A stretch of 64,000 nt of DNA from Octopus vulgaris (taxonomy: Eukaryota), in assembly GCA_951406725.2 (NCBI GenBank), contig OX597823.1, positions 115,382,001-115,446,000 of the forward strand. Reading direction: 5' to 3'. Below, piece after piece: positions 1 through 13,372 of the stretch. The notes under the pieces were generated by a model, which did not search any database, had not been told where the DNA came from, and worked only from the letters and a program-made list of their open reading frames with translations. How positions within the stretch are numbered: the first letter of the stretch is position 1; each line of letters starts with the position of its first letter. Both the position numbers and the translations under genes were made by a program.

Positions 1-796
1 TCAAAGTACCCATTATTCTGAAAGTTATGAGGAAACAAAGTTATCTGTGAGTTTTCTGAAACTCCTCTCCCCACTGTCCTGAAACAAATACTTTTTCACA
101 ACTTGGATATAATTGGAACCCACACCATCTGAAGCATATTTGTAAAAACTTTCATTTAAAACTTTGTTTTTCTGGAAGTTATAAGGAAACAAAATCAGTG
201 GGGCACATTTGTGTATGTATGCCCATTGCTTTAACATAAGTAATACTAAGATTATATTGTCATTCTATATCTACATATCAGCTACTTTCACTTTACTTTC
301 ATTTTCTGTGTATCAAGATATAATTAGATAACTGCATGTTATATATAAACAAAAAATATACATCTTTTGTTCAATTTGCATCAAAAGGGTGTCAATGATA
401 TGAATAAGATTGACCCAATTTTTCACTACAAATGCAAATAGGATGACAATATTTATGATGACATTGTGTTTAGTAAGAAATACTAACTGTATTAAAAATG
501 TATTGTAGCGTGAGTGTGTGTGGATGTATTAAAATTTATTGGCAATATTTACATAGTAATTTCTCATTGCTTTATAAATGCCAGTTCTTTTAACATAATT
601 GCAATTCATCTTATTGCTTTACTTTACATTTTCCATTATTGATGTTTGCGCACCATTCAAGTCGCATGTTTTACCAACATTCTTCCTACATGCATGGCAT
701 ATGTATGCTTACACACAGACACTATAGGACATAATAAAATCAAACCAATGTAAAGCATTCTATACACACACAAACACCTCAATATGTATAATACGA

Positions 797-830
<34 letters not shown>

Positions 831-850
831 GCATACACATTATATATATA

Positions 851-900
<50 letters not shown>

Positions 901-915
901 TATACATTATATATA

Positions 916-1094
916 TCATCATCATCATCATCGTTTAACGTCCGCTTTCTATGCTAGCATGGGTTGGACGGTCCAACTGGGGTCTGGGGAGCCCGAAGGC
1001 TGCACCAGGCCAGTCAGATCTGTTTCTACAGCTGGATGCCCTTCCTAACGCCAACCACTCCGAGAGTGTAGTGGGTGATTTTATGTGCCACTGC
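916..1094 (-). mobile_element. 5'-truncated RTE-clade LINE 3' UTR with (GAT)n tail
   Basis: Matches the 3' UTR of the RTE copy at 27511-28805 (GTTAGGAAGGGCATCCAGCTGTAGAAAC...GGACGTTAAACGATGATG). Similar tails occur at about 3374-3580, 13098-13260, 22775-23105, 23637-24235, 24655-24830 and 50045-50465. Confidence 0.85.
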
Positions 1095-1114
1095 CACAAA
1101 CACCTCAATATGTA

Positions 1115-1150
1115 TAATATATATATATATACATACACATTATATATATA

Positions 1151-1182
<32 letters not shown>

Positions 1183-1668
1183 CATATATATATACATATA
1201 TATACATATACATATATATACATATATATATATACATACATATACATATATATATACATATACATATATATACATATATATATATACATATACATATATA
1301 TATACATACATATACATATATATATATATACATATATATACATATATATATACATATATACATATATATATACATATACATATATATACATATATATATA
1401 CATATATATACATATACATACATATATATACATATATATATATACATACATATATATACATATACATACATATATATACATATACATACATATATATACA
1501 TATACATACATATATACATACATATATATACATATATATATACATACATATATATACATATACATATATATACATATATATACATATACATATATATACA
1601 TATATATACATACATATACATACATATATATACATATACATAAATATACATATATATACATATACATA
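1115..1668. repeat. Compound (TA)n/(TACA)n microsatellite
   Basis: Direct inspection. Similar tracts at 3179-3373, 20340-20690, 24830-25490, 26600-27445, 29075-29930, 31100-31800, 36260-36790 and 51610-52310. Confidence 0.97.
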
Positions 1669-1669
1669 A

Positions 1670-3178
1670 ATGCCCTATCCATAAGGGAGGAAGCAGAGCA
1701 GATGCTAAAAATTATAGGCCTATCTCTCTGACCTCACACATCAGCAAAGTCATTGAACGAATAGTCCACAAGAAACTAATCATGTTCCTTGAAGAAAATG
1801 ACTTGCTGACTGACACCCAGCATGGATTTCGACCAGGTAGAAGCTGCCTAACACAGCTCCTGCAACACTATGACTGGGTGTTAAAACAGCTACTAAACGG
1901 CTCAAATGTGGATGTGATATATCTCGACTTTGCAAAAGCCTTTGATAAAGTCGACCACGGTATGATTTGTCACAAACTGCGTGGTCTCGGCATAGGCGGA
2001 AAACTTGGAGAGTGGCTGCATAACTTCCTAAAAGATAGAAGGCAGGCAGTTGAGACCAATGGAGCCACCTCCAAGGAAACACAAATAACAAGCAGTGTTC
2101 CATAGGGCACTGTCTTGGGGCCACTGCTGTTCATAGTAGCCCTTTCAGACATGCCCTCAGTTGCTAAGATCGCCACCCTTGCTAGCTATGCAGATGACAC
2201 AAAAGTCTCCCACACAATACAAAACCCAGGATATATTGCACATCTGCAACAGGAGTTGGATACAATATACAGGTGGGCTGAGGACAACAACATGCAGTTT
2301 AATGCAGGTAAGTTCCAGGCCCTGCACTACCAGCACACAAAGGTAAACGACATGAAGACTGGATACACTGGCCCGGGAAGAATTGCAATCCCTGAGTCAA
2401 AATCAGTGCGTGACCTGGGCATTGACATGAGCAATGATGCATCTTTCCAAGTGCATATTACTAATCTGGTGATAAAATGCAGACGGCTAGCTGGATGGAT
2501 TCTCTGAACTTTCAGAACAAGAGAGAAGAAGACACTGATGGTCCTCTGGAAAACTTTCGTCCTCAACCGCTTGGACTACTGCTCCCAACTATGGTCACCA
2601 CACAATATAAAACTAACAGCAGAACTCGAAGCAATTCAAAGAAGCTACACAAAGAAGATCGTCACAATGCAACATATCAACTACTGGGAAAGACTGAAAG
2701 TATTAAAACTCTTCTCCCTAGAGTGAAGGCAGGAGAGATATGTGGTGATATACATCTGGAAAATCCTGGAGGGTCTTCTCCCAAACTTTGGATTTCAAAG
2801 TTACCCCAACCGCAGAACGGGGCGCCACTGCATGGTGCCAAAGATTCCAACATCACCATCAAAATACAGGACCAGATACTGCAACAGCTTAGGTTTCAGA
2901 GGACCACAGCTCTTTAACATCCTCCCTAAATGCCTGAGAGACTTGCATGGTGTGGATGTGGGTTTCTTTAAAACTAAACTGGATTTCTTCTTGTCGGGGG
3001 ACCCAGATGAACCTACCTCACGACAGGAGACACAGATGCGGGCGGCAGCATCGAACTCCCTTGTTGATCAAGTGCCACGTATCAGAGGTGGATTCACATA
3101 TTAGTGTAGCTCATTCAGCGGTGGTGCCCCAGCATGGCCGCGGCCTTCGGGCTAAAACATTTTTAAGGATTTAAGGAT
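1670..3178 (+). mobile_element. CR1-clade LINE, 5'-truncated, disrupted reverse transcriptase plus 3' UTR
   Basis: [57 protein letters not shown] and LDYCSQLWSP motifs, broken by stop codons; ends in a (TTTAAGGA) tail. Confidence 0.95.
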
Positions 3179-4084
3179 ACATATATATACATATACATAT
3201 ATATACATATACATACATACATATACACATATATATACATACATATATATACATATACATATATATACATATACATATATATACATATATATACATATAC
3301 ATATATATATACATACATATACATATACATACATATACATACATATATATACATATACATATATATATATACATCGCCAGCCTCGTCTGGTACCTGTGTC
3401 AGTGGCACATAAAATCACCCACTACACTCTCGGAGTGGTTGGCTTTAGGAAGGGCATCCAGCTGTAGAAACACTGCCAGATCTGACTGGCCTGGTGCAGC
3501 CTTCGGGCTCCCCAGACCCCAGTTAAACCATCCAACCCATGCTAGCATGGAAAGCGGACGTTAAATGATGATGATGATGATATATATATATATATATACA
3601 CACACATTTTTTTGTGAGTAACACTTTAGCATTTGAAGCCGTTGAATTTGTCCCAATTTTTAAAATTTACGTTCTAGATCATTTGAAAGAAGCTGGAGTC
3701 CTTTTGTTTATTTTTTCTTTTTGTATTTGTCTCATAATGCTTAATGAAACAGTTTGAAATATTCTAAATTACCCAATGGCGTTTCTACATCCCTGCTCTA
3801 ACAGTGTCTCTAGTTAGTTGATCTGTTTGTCTTTTTAACTTGAAAGTTCACTCTGCTTTCTGCATGCATGGCTAATCTTATCTTACATATAGCTAAATGC
3901 AGTATGTTTCACATTGGTTACACTGGCAGAAGAAAACTAAAGCAACAAAAAGAGTGGGAGTAACAGCCAGAGGTACTCAATGCAGACTAACTGCTTTAAG
4001 AGATTTTACTCTGAAGTCATTGTGCAAATCTTTATCATAACTGTTTACTTTAACAACTTCACACACACATATATTCATTTCAGT

Positions 4085-4266
4085 TTTTCATCTAGTTTCA
4101 GCTCACGAGCTGTGGCCATGCTGGGGCATCGCCATTCGGTTTTGCTACATGATTTTACTTCACGAATGCTTTTTAGCAACTGACATTTGGTGCAGCTGCT
4201 CTCATCTGCCCCTCCTACCGTGAAGTTGGTTCATCTGGGACTCCTGACAGGAAGAGATCCAGCTTT
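4085..4266 (-). mobile_element. 3' end of a second CR1 subfamily
   Basis: Reverse complement resembles 2975-3155 (KLDLFLSGVPDEPTS...; ATGCCCCAGCATGGCCACAGCT...GAAAC). Confidence 0.75.
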
Positions 4267-4289
4267 ATTTTTATATATATACATGTATA

Positions 4290-4397
4290 AAAAATATATA
4301 TAAAAATACAAAATGGGACAAGAACGCAAAACATTCAAATAGACTATACAAAAACGGACAGGTCATTCGAAGCCTCTAATCTTCAGTCAAGAACCGG

Positions 4398-4402
<5 letters not shown>
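4290..4402 (-). mobile_element. Partial copy of the PLE-type end at 61710-61967
   Basis: Near-identical to 61712-61827 (AAATGGGACAAGAACGCAAAAC...TCTTCAGTCAAGAACCGGATCAT); truncated by (TA)n. Confidence 0.75.
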
Positions 4403-4435
<33 letters not shown>

Positions 4436-4490
4436 TACACATACTCTTCTTTTCCAAATGTAACACAAGATATATATATATATATATATA

Positions 4491-5003
4491 TATGCCTGTG
4501 TATGCACAGCTAAGCTGCATAGCAGTGAATTATGGGCCATGACTACTGAAACCATGCAATGGTTTGAAACAAAAGAAGCCAGTATGCTCTGCTGAATGTC
4601 AGTGTTCATATACAACAAAGTATAAATGGTTTAGGAGTAAAACTGGGTATTAGGGGCAGCAATTGTAGTGTGTAAGAGAGAAGACTGTGCTGGTATGGTC
4701 GTTTAATGCAAATAGATGAGGACAGCTACATAAAGAAGTGCTGGTCTCTAATTGTGGAGGGAACCTGTGGAAGGGCTATATCCAGGAAGATGTGTGATGA
4801 AGTGATCAGAAAAGATCTTCAGCTTGGGGCCTCACAGAGGAAATGACAAGGGATCAAGACCTCTGGTGGTTTGCTATACTTGAGAAGGCATGCCAAGCTA
4901 AATAAAACTGGTTATCCAGACATACAGGCATGCTGTCTACATCCCTCTCAACCAAGAGGTCTTGGTCTTGAGGGTTCACAGGTGCTGGTGCCATGCAAAA
5001 GCA
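4491..5003 (+). mobile_element. Degenerate RTE LINE C-terminal fragment
   Basis: Aligns by eye with 27880-28290 (YDACVRTAMLHGSETWA...RPRKTWDEV). Confidence 0.8.
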
Positions 5004-5830
5004 CGCGGTTGGGTCGTCAGCAACTAAACCTGCAACTCCACTAAGCTTGCTTGAGAAAGGAGGGTGTTTATTTGACACCCTGCAAGATGAAGAGTGGGTC
5101 ATCATGGCCACAACCTTTGGCTGAAACTGGAAAAAGAATAGAATAGCATCATCATTTAATGTCCATGTTCCATGTTGGCATGAGGTACATTGTCTAACAG
5201 GGACTGATGTGTCCCAAGAACTGCATCAAGCTCCAGAGTCTGCTTTGACTGGATGCCCTTCTTACCACCAACCACTTTACAACATGTATTAAGAGTGTCA
5301 TGTAAAAGCATTTGTGTCTGTGTCATGTAAAAGCACCAGCTTTTGTCAAACCGTCCAGCCCATGCCAGCTTGGGAAACAGGCATTAAATGATGATAATGA
5401 TGATGATAAATATGTACATATTTCCATTTTTTTCTTTTTTACATTTTAGTCTGTTTTGCCATTCTTGCCGTTCCTAAACTAACCAGACATTAAAAGATGA
5501 TGAAGATGATGACGGTGTGTGTGGGTGTAATATGATATATCACCATCATCATCATTTAACGTCCATCTTCCATGCTGGTTGGACAGTTTGACAGGTGTCA
5601 GCAAGCAAGAGGATTGCACTAAGCTCCACTGTCTATTTTGGCATGGATTTTATAGCTGGATGCCCTTCCGAATGCTAACCATTTTACAGAGTGGAGTGGG
5701 TGCTTTTTACATGACACAACCACCAGCAAGGTCTGTCTGGCGTAGTTTCATACATGTATGTATGCATGTATTTATGTATGTATGCATGTATATATGTATG
5801 TATGTATGTATGCTTTTATGTGTGTATGTG

Positions 5831-5865
<35 letters not shown>

Positions 5866-7699
5866 ATTATATGTATATGTGTATACATGCACTTGTGTAT
5901 ATATGTAGATTTCTATACGTATATTTATACACAGACACACACACATATATATATCTTTGTATCTTTTATTGTTTACTTGTTTCAGTCATAAGACTGCAGC
6001 CATTCTGGAGCACTGACTTGAATTTTTGTTAATCAAATTGTCACCAGTAATAATTTTCTCTTTAAGCATTGTACTTATTCCATCGGCTCTTTTTACTAAA
6101 ACGCTAGATTACAAGGACATAAACACACCTACACCAGTTGTCAAACAGGCACAAAAAGACACACAACTACCAGGGCTTGTAGTTCTGCAAACTGCATGGC
6201 AACCTCAATAGTGCAGGTGACACGCAAAAAAAAAAAAACCAGCCAGTTTATGCTGTTAAGGGGCTGACATTAGGAAAGGCAACCAGCCATAGAAACCACA
6301 CTAGAGCTGACATTGGAGCTCAATGCAGTCCTTCAACACATTAATTCCTGCTAAGCCATCCAACCCATGCCTGCATGGAACATCATGGTGACTTGATACA
6401 GACTCAATATTTGACAAATGGTTTTCTTAAAAGTTATAAACAATAAAAATTTTTTTTTAGAAAACAATGATATGACGCTTTCAGAAAGAAATTTTTGTCC
6501 TGTTTACACAAGAGACCAACAGAATAGGTCGTGGGGTCGATTTCTTTGACTAAAAGGCAGTGAAACGAGAAACAAATAAACGAATAAAAGAATACACTTA
6601 TCCACATGTGTATACATATAACTCACATGCACAAACACATGTGGTTGGGTCGTCAGCAACTAAACCTGCAACTCCACTAAGCTTGCTTGAGAAAGGAGGG
6701 TGTTTATTTGACACCCTGCAAGATGAAAAGTGGGTCATCATGGCCACAACCTTTGGCTGAAACTGGAAAAAGAATAGAATAGCATCATCATTTGATGTCC
6801 ATGTTCCATGTTGGCATGAGCTACATTGTCTAGCAGGGACTGATTTGTCCAAGAACTGCATCAAGCTCCAGGGTCTGCTTTGACTGGATGCCCTTCCTAC
6901 CACCAACCACCTTACAACATGTATTAGGAGTTTTTTCATGCTAGCTTGTAGGATTACAATCTCAGAGAGAAATAGATTCAGTTGTATGCAAGGGGACAAG
7001 TGGTTCAAGTATCAGGGGAGGGTAAGAGCAGAGGAGTTTCTTATAGAAGTGGTGTATGGTTAGACACATTTAGCAAGGGATGAAGAGAATAATAAGGAAG
7101 AGCTGCGAAGAGATAGTGCAGATGAAGCGTCTCGGTGGCCCCACAAGGCACAAGGGGAGAGGTGAGGTTTGGAAGATTTTATTGGGAGTAGGAGATGAGA
7201 AAGTAGAGATGAGAGAGTAGGAGATGAGAAAGTAACCTGAAACTGTAAAAACAAAACATGGTTAGAGTTGACGGGTGATGCCCGATGAGCAACGAGTTGG
7301 GGAAGATAGGAAATATAAGAGAGTAGTAGGTGGGGAGAGCAAGAAGACAGTAATGATACTGCTGACAGGGGAGAACAAAAGTGAGAGAGAATAATGCTGG
7401 GTAGGCTGCAGGAGCAGAGGTGGAGAGAAACAGGCATAGAGCATAAGAGGTACTTCGGTTCAGTGAGGAGGGAGGTGAATCAGTATAAGATGCGGGTGGA
7501 CAGCACAACACATACAGTACTTACAGAACTCAGTTTTGATGAGCTGAGCAGGTCCCCTCAAGAAACTTCTATCACCAGATATCTCAGTCCTTTGTCATTG
7601 TTTTCATGGGGCTCAACATCTTTGGATCAGTCCTCACCACTTCAACCCACATCATCCTGGGTTACCTCGCTTCCACAAGCTCGATCCAATTTAAGTGAT

Positions 7700-8300
7700 C
7701 GGTACTTCTTTAAACCGCTATCATCATATACACACCACATCACATGATCAAACCACGAGAGGTCTCACTTGCATGCTACATCTGATTCCTCCCATGTCAA
7801 ATTTTTCTCTCAACATGTTTGCAATTTGGCATGTATGCACACTGACACTGCACATCCATCAGAGCATACTAGTTTAAGTCTCCTCTAACGTTTTGAATGT
7901 CCTCCAAATTCAAGGTCCATGTCTCACTACCATGTTGCATTGCAGTTCATACACAAGCATCATACAGCTATCCTTTCACAGAGAGAGAGAGAGAGGGAGA
8001 GAGAGCGAGAGAGAGAGAGAAAGAGAGAGAGAGAGAATTTGGTGCTAACAGAATTAACAGGTCTCAGAACTTTATCCACCTATTCTTTTTCTGGCAACTA
8101 TTTCTCCAGAACATCCTCCTCCATTGCTAATTAAGACATCCAGGTAACAGAAATTACTTACAACTTCTAGCAAGACATTTGGCTATTTGAGAAAATCTAA
8201 TTTCTGTGTATCCATAGTGTTCATTATTTCTGCACATCTGCCACATACTAAGACAATGTTCATTGTTAACCTTCTTAACGCCACGCGCATGGAAATTTTC
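7700..8300 (-). mobile_element. Highly degenerate RTE fragment
   Basis: Reverse complement resembles 27620-28120 (YDACV.TAMQHGSETW; FVCGRC); interrupted by (GA)n. Confidence 0.65.
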
Positions 8301-8391
8301 ACACCAGTAGATCACATCAGTTCCCAGCTGTTATGCCTAGAGTATACATACAGTTTGTGCTCAATGGGTTTTCATTTTCACCATATGCAAT

Positions 8392-8674
8392 GAATAGAAA
8401 TATTGCATCAAGTTTTGTGTAAAGCTTGGGCATACTCAAGCACAAACTAGCCAGAATATACAGCAGGCCTTTGGCAATGATGCTACAGGCAAAACTCAGA
8501 TCAAGGAGTGGTACAACCCCTTCGAACATGGCTGTACCTTGGTAAAGAGCGAGCCATGCTCAGGCAGGCCATTCACAAGCTGAAACAAGAACCTGATTAA
8601 GAAGGTTCAGCAAATAGTCATTGAAGACTGTTGAGTAGCAATCCAGTAAATTGTTCTTAGAGTGAAAATAAGCA

Positions 8675-8676
<2 letters not shown>
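8392..8676 (+). mobile_element. Mariner-family transposase relic (N-terminal HTH region)
   Basis: Translates as KYCIKFCVKLGHTQAQTSQNIQQAFGNDATGKTQIKEWYNPFEHG...EPCSGRPFTS with stops; typical mariner N-terminus with GRP motif. Confidence 0.85.
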
Positions 8677-8713
<37 letters not shown>

Positions 8714-8889
8714 AAAGAGATGACCTGTAAGTGGACATCCATTATGCTAGAAGAAGATCCACTATGGTCTTACCACTAAGAAAGGAATGTTTTCAAGAAG
8801 ATTTTTTACCCTTATTACTTTAAATTTAAATTTTTCACCCTTATTATTTTAAATTTAAATTTATATATATGGACATATAAATATGTATA

Positions 8890-8933
<44 letters not shown>

Positions 8934-9337
8934 TATGTACATAAGCATATGTATTTATGTGTGTGTATATATATGTATGTATGTATGCATATATACACTT
9001 ATGTACACATAAATAAATATATATGGACATATACATATGTATTTGTATGTGTATATATATACATGCATAGTTATATGTACACACCCACACACACACACAT
9101 ATATATATACAAACAGATAGTTATGAATGCACTTCATACATCATCCTCATCAATGTTTAATGTCCATTTTCCAAACTGGAATGCGTTGACAGCTTGACTG
9201 AAGACTGTCAAGCCAGGAGCTAACACCAAGATCCAATCTCATCTGGCAAGGTTTATATATATATACTTACATTTATAGATGCCTACACATACACAGTATA
9301 TCTTTATATATAGAAACACATGCATGGGACTATGCTC

Positions 9338-9724
9338 TTTACTCTTTTACTTGTTTCAGTCATTTGACTGCGGCCATGCTGGAGCACCGCCTTTAATCAA
9401 GCAACTAGACCCAAGGACTTATTCTTTGTAAGCCCAGTACTTATTCTATCGGTCTCTTTTGCCGAACCGCTAAGTGACGGGGACATAAACACGCCAGCAT
9501 CGGTTGTCAAGCAATGCTAGGGGGACAAACACAGACACGCATATATATATATACATATATACGACGGGCTTCTTTCAGTTTCCGTCTACCAAATCCACTC
9601 ACAAGGCATTGGTCGGCCCGGGGCTATAGCAGAAGACACTTGCCCAAGGTGCCACGCAGTGGGACTGAACCCTGAACCATGTGGTTGGTTAGCAAGCTAC
9701 TAACCACACAGCCACTCCTGCGCC
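9338..9724 (-). mobile_element. Full-length tRNA-derived CORE-type SINE (octopus OR-like)
   Basis: A box TGGCTGTGTGG, B box GGTTCAGTCCC, CORE-like ACCTTGGGCAAGTG and a (GTAAAAGA) tail. TSD CTATGCTC at 9330-9337 and 9724-9731. Other copies at about 15475-15980, 45507-45885, 51197-51606 and 63365-63502. Confidence 0.9.
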
Positions 9725-9739
9725 TATGCTCATGCTTCC

Positions 9740-10280
9740 AGACAATATGCCTCTTCTTTTTCTTGAAGCCAAATCAATTTGGAGAATTCTTGAATGCTGA
9801 GATTACCTCCCCTTTTCAAGTAGAACAGATCATAAATGCCATTTGATAATTATGATACATCCTCTAGTGGTGGAAATAACATCAATAAATCAAGAATTTC
9901 TGTTGTATGGTATTTGACATACCTGCATTTGTCTATGTTATTCCAATACATGGCACTTGACACTTTGAGTTATTTCTCTTATCTCCTTTTCGCTTAAATA
10001 ATGCCATTTACCTAAGCTGGATATTAGGTCAGGCAATTATGACACTGATGAAGGCTACTAAGCCAGAAATATTTCTATAACTGTCTTCTTATCTCCAAAC
10101 AATAAAACAGACCTTTTTATTCAATGTCTTATAAGAAAATTCTTGAATTTTCAGATTATCTTCTCTTGTCAAGTACAGCTGGCCATAATTGACATCTGCT
10201 CATTATAATACGTCCTCAGGTGGTAGAGATAATTTTAATAAAGTAAGAACTTTTGTTCTGATATGTTTGACACACTGGTA
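9740..10280 (+). mobile_element. PLE-like relic: diverged ~140-bp direct repeats flanking a hammerhead-like motif
   Basis: 9783-9925 resembles 10138-10277; CTGATGA...GAAA motif at 10041-10085 followed by AATAAA. Confidence 0.55.
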
Positions 10281-10647
10281 TTTGTGTGCATGTGTGTGTG
10301 TATATATATGTCTATATGCATATAGGTATCTACATAAATGTCTCATATATATATATATATATACATATCCAAATTTAAGGAATGGAGTGGGTAAAACCTA
10401 CAACCATCTACATCAATAAACCACTACTGTCCCTGAAAATTCTTTTTTACATCACCAGACTGCTTGAAGCTTACTAACTTCCTACACCTGGATTTTGGAT
10501 CTTACCTTTACATATAATTATATATACGATTATATATATATATATTTATATTAATCACACACACACACATATATATATAAACACATATATAAATATATAT
10601 ACACTCACACACACATATATACATTCACACTGTTCACAAATAAATAT

Positions 10648-10705
<58 letters not shown>

Positions 10706-10707
10706 TA

Positions 10708-10755
<48 letters not shown>

Positions 10756-10774
10756 TCACAGACACATGTATATA

Positions 10775-11230
10775 TGCTGGTCATCAATGAAACTGAATAT
10801 GTCCTTAAGCTGTTGAAGGCATGAGGAAAAGATGACATAATAATGGCGATGTTAAGGAGTAGAAGGGAAGAGTTGTGGGAAATCTTTTGTCTATGCTTCA
10901 ATTGCTATCTGAAGGAGATACCTTCCATATGGAAAAAGCTGAATGCCATCTTGCTTCGCAAAACAGTTAAGAACTATCAACCCATATGACACTTCTAGCC
11001 TCACATTCACCAGCCTGTTACAAAGGTCATAATCACCAGATTGTTGAAACATCTCGGTGAACAGCAGGGTTCTCTAAGAACTACAGCGCAACAGATTTCA
11101 CATTCACTCTAACAGAGCTTATAGAATGCGCTAGAGAATAAAAAACAATTCTGTGTAACACTTTCATCAACTACAAAAACACGTTCCATAGCACTGAGGT
11201 GAATGTAGGGTGGAAATCTCTGGAAATGTA
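10775..11230 (+). mobile_element. Degenerate RTE-clade reverse transcriptase fragment
   Basis: Remnants of IPSIWK, KNYQPI, EQQG, FTLTELIECARE and TFINYKNTFHS (equivalent to FIDYEKAFDS). Confidence 0.75.
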
Positions 11231-11859
11231 CACAATCACTGCCCCACCCATGTAGTACATAACATCAATCGGGAACAGCTATGTGCAGGCGTGGCTGTAT
11301 AGTTAAGAAGCCTGCTTGCCAACCACATGGTTTTGTGTTCAGCCATACTGCACAGCACCTACTGTTATAGCCCTAGGCCAACAAAAAACTTTGTAAGTTG
11401 ACTCTGTAGATGGAAACTGAAAGGTTTTCATAGTTTATGGGTATATTAGTTCACTGTAACTTATAGAATAAAGGGATCCATGATGATCTACTCTAGTTAT
11501 GCACTTGGAACACCCAGGGCTACAAGCAATCATAATGGTGAAAGTATATAGGAACTAATAATATAAACTCAATTTTGTTTTAATTTCTCCTAATACATAC
11601 ATAATTATATATATATATATATATAAATATACACACAAACACAGGTACAGCTGTGGCTTTGTGGTAAGAAGTTTGCTTCCCAATCACATGGTTCCAGGTT
11701 CAGTCCCACACCATGGCAGCTAGGGCAAGTGTCTTCTACTATAGCCTTGGGTCAGCCAAAGCCCTGCAAGTGGATTTGGCAGACAAAAATTAAAGATAAA
11801 TTATGTATGTACGTACGTACACACACACACACACACATGCACATGTCTGTATGTAGAAT

Positions 11860-12400
11860 CTAAAGTCTGGTCACAGTGGTGTATCAAAACTGACAGTAAG
11901 CTCATGATATCTGTCTCATTTGTTCACTCAGCACTATTGTATTCTTCTGAAACATTGACAATATACATGTTTCATGTAAGAATGTTGGAAAGATTTCACC
12001 AGAAATGTTTCCGTCACATACTCAGAATAAGCAGGTCCTCATTTATTCCTGACACTGAGGTTCTTGCTGAAGCTAAGATCACATCAATCCAAGCCATGCT
12101 TACTGGGAATCAACTACAATGGACAGGCCAATCATCCAAATGGATGATGAGCACATTCTACAACAAATGCTTTTTGGTAAGCTTAAGCCGAGAAAGAGAG
12201 AAAATAGTAAGCCAAAGAAATGATGCAAAGAGTCTTTAAAATCAAATTTTGAATGCCTTAAATTATGTTACAAAAGTCTTGAATTACTTGTGGCAGAGAG
12301 TGTAGCATGGAGAGCTATAATTTAGAGCAGTATTAAAGATTTTGAGCTTGACAGAGTTAAGCATGCTGAAATGAAAAGAAAATTTCATAGAAATGGGATT
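11860..12400 (+). mobile_element. RTE (BovB-like) LINE C-terminal fragment
   Basis: LLYSSETLTIY...LERFHQKCFRHILRISRSSFIPDTEVLAEAKITSIQAML..QLQWTG. Confidence 0.85.
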
Positions 12401-13042
12401 AATATCAATAGTGTTGCAAGAGTTTTTCTTTCCTCTACGAAATGTTCTTTATACACATAATATTCAGATCCCACGCTGATATGAGATAACACCATGTAAA
12501 TAAGGTATACATGTATAAGGTATACATTAACTCATTCCAGATGACTAGTTTCAATGCAATGTCTGTCAAAAAGCCTGCAAGTCAAGTGGAGGATTGAAGC
12601 AGCATTTGGACATTCATATTGAACAAACAGAAAACGGAGTCAATGCTGAAATGAGACATCGTTGCAGTATATGTGATCAACTCTTCAAATGCTGTTCAGG
12701 GACCAAAAGTCTTTCAAGTTCTCATGTTAAGAAGGAGCAGCTATAGGTACAAAAAGGGGTCAAGCTCTGCAAGAAGCAGACAGCCACCATGCATGCATGT
12801 AGGTATGTGTACCCATATTTTCCCATCATGAGAGTTGTAAGCTAACATCAGCACCATATGAGTGATGGTGTTTATTTCCAGTCTTTTCTGGAAAATATGC
12901 CTGTCCATGGGGAAATAATACCTTACCTGGAAACAAGTGAAAGATGATGACAGGATGGGCACCCAGCCATATCTTCCCAACAAATTCTTTCTTGTCCTTG
13001 CAAGTATGGAATAATGGACTTTTAAAGATGATATATGTGTGT

Positions 13043-13080
<38 letters not shown>

Positions 13081-13372
13081 TTGACAAGCCCAAATATTAC
13101 TACACTCTTGTAGTGGTTGGTGTTAGGAAGGGCATCCAGCTGTAGAAACTCTGCCAGATCAAGATTGAAGCCTGGTGCAGCCATCTAGTTCGCCAGCCCT
13201 CAGTCAAATCGTCCAACCCATGCTAGCATGGAAAGCAGACGTTAAATGATGATGATGATATATACATATGTACATATACACAGATGCATATATACAAACA
13301 TACACATATACATATATACACAGATGCATATATACATATATACATGCACACAGATGCATATATATATATATA

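Noticed and set aside
935-1731. Long Y/I/M/C/V/H/T-rich ORFs (also at 20.2-20.9, 26.4-27.5, 29.0-29.9, 36.1-36.7 and 51.8-52.4 kb)
   Set aside because: Translations of (TA)/(CA) microsatellites, which lack stop codons in several frames.
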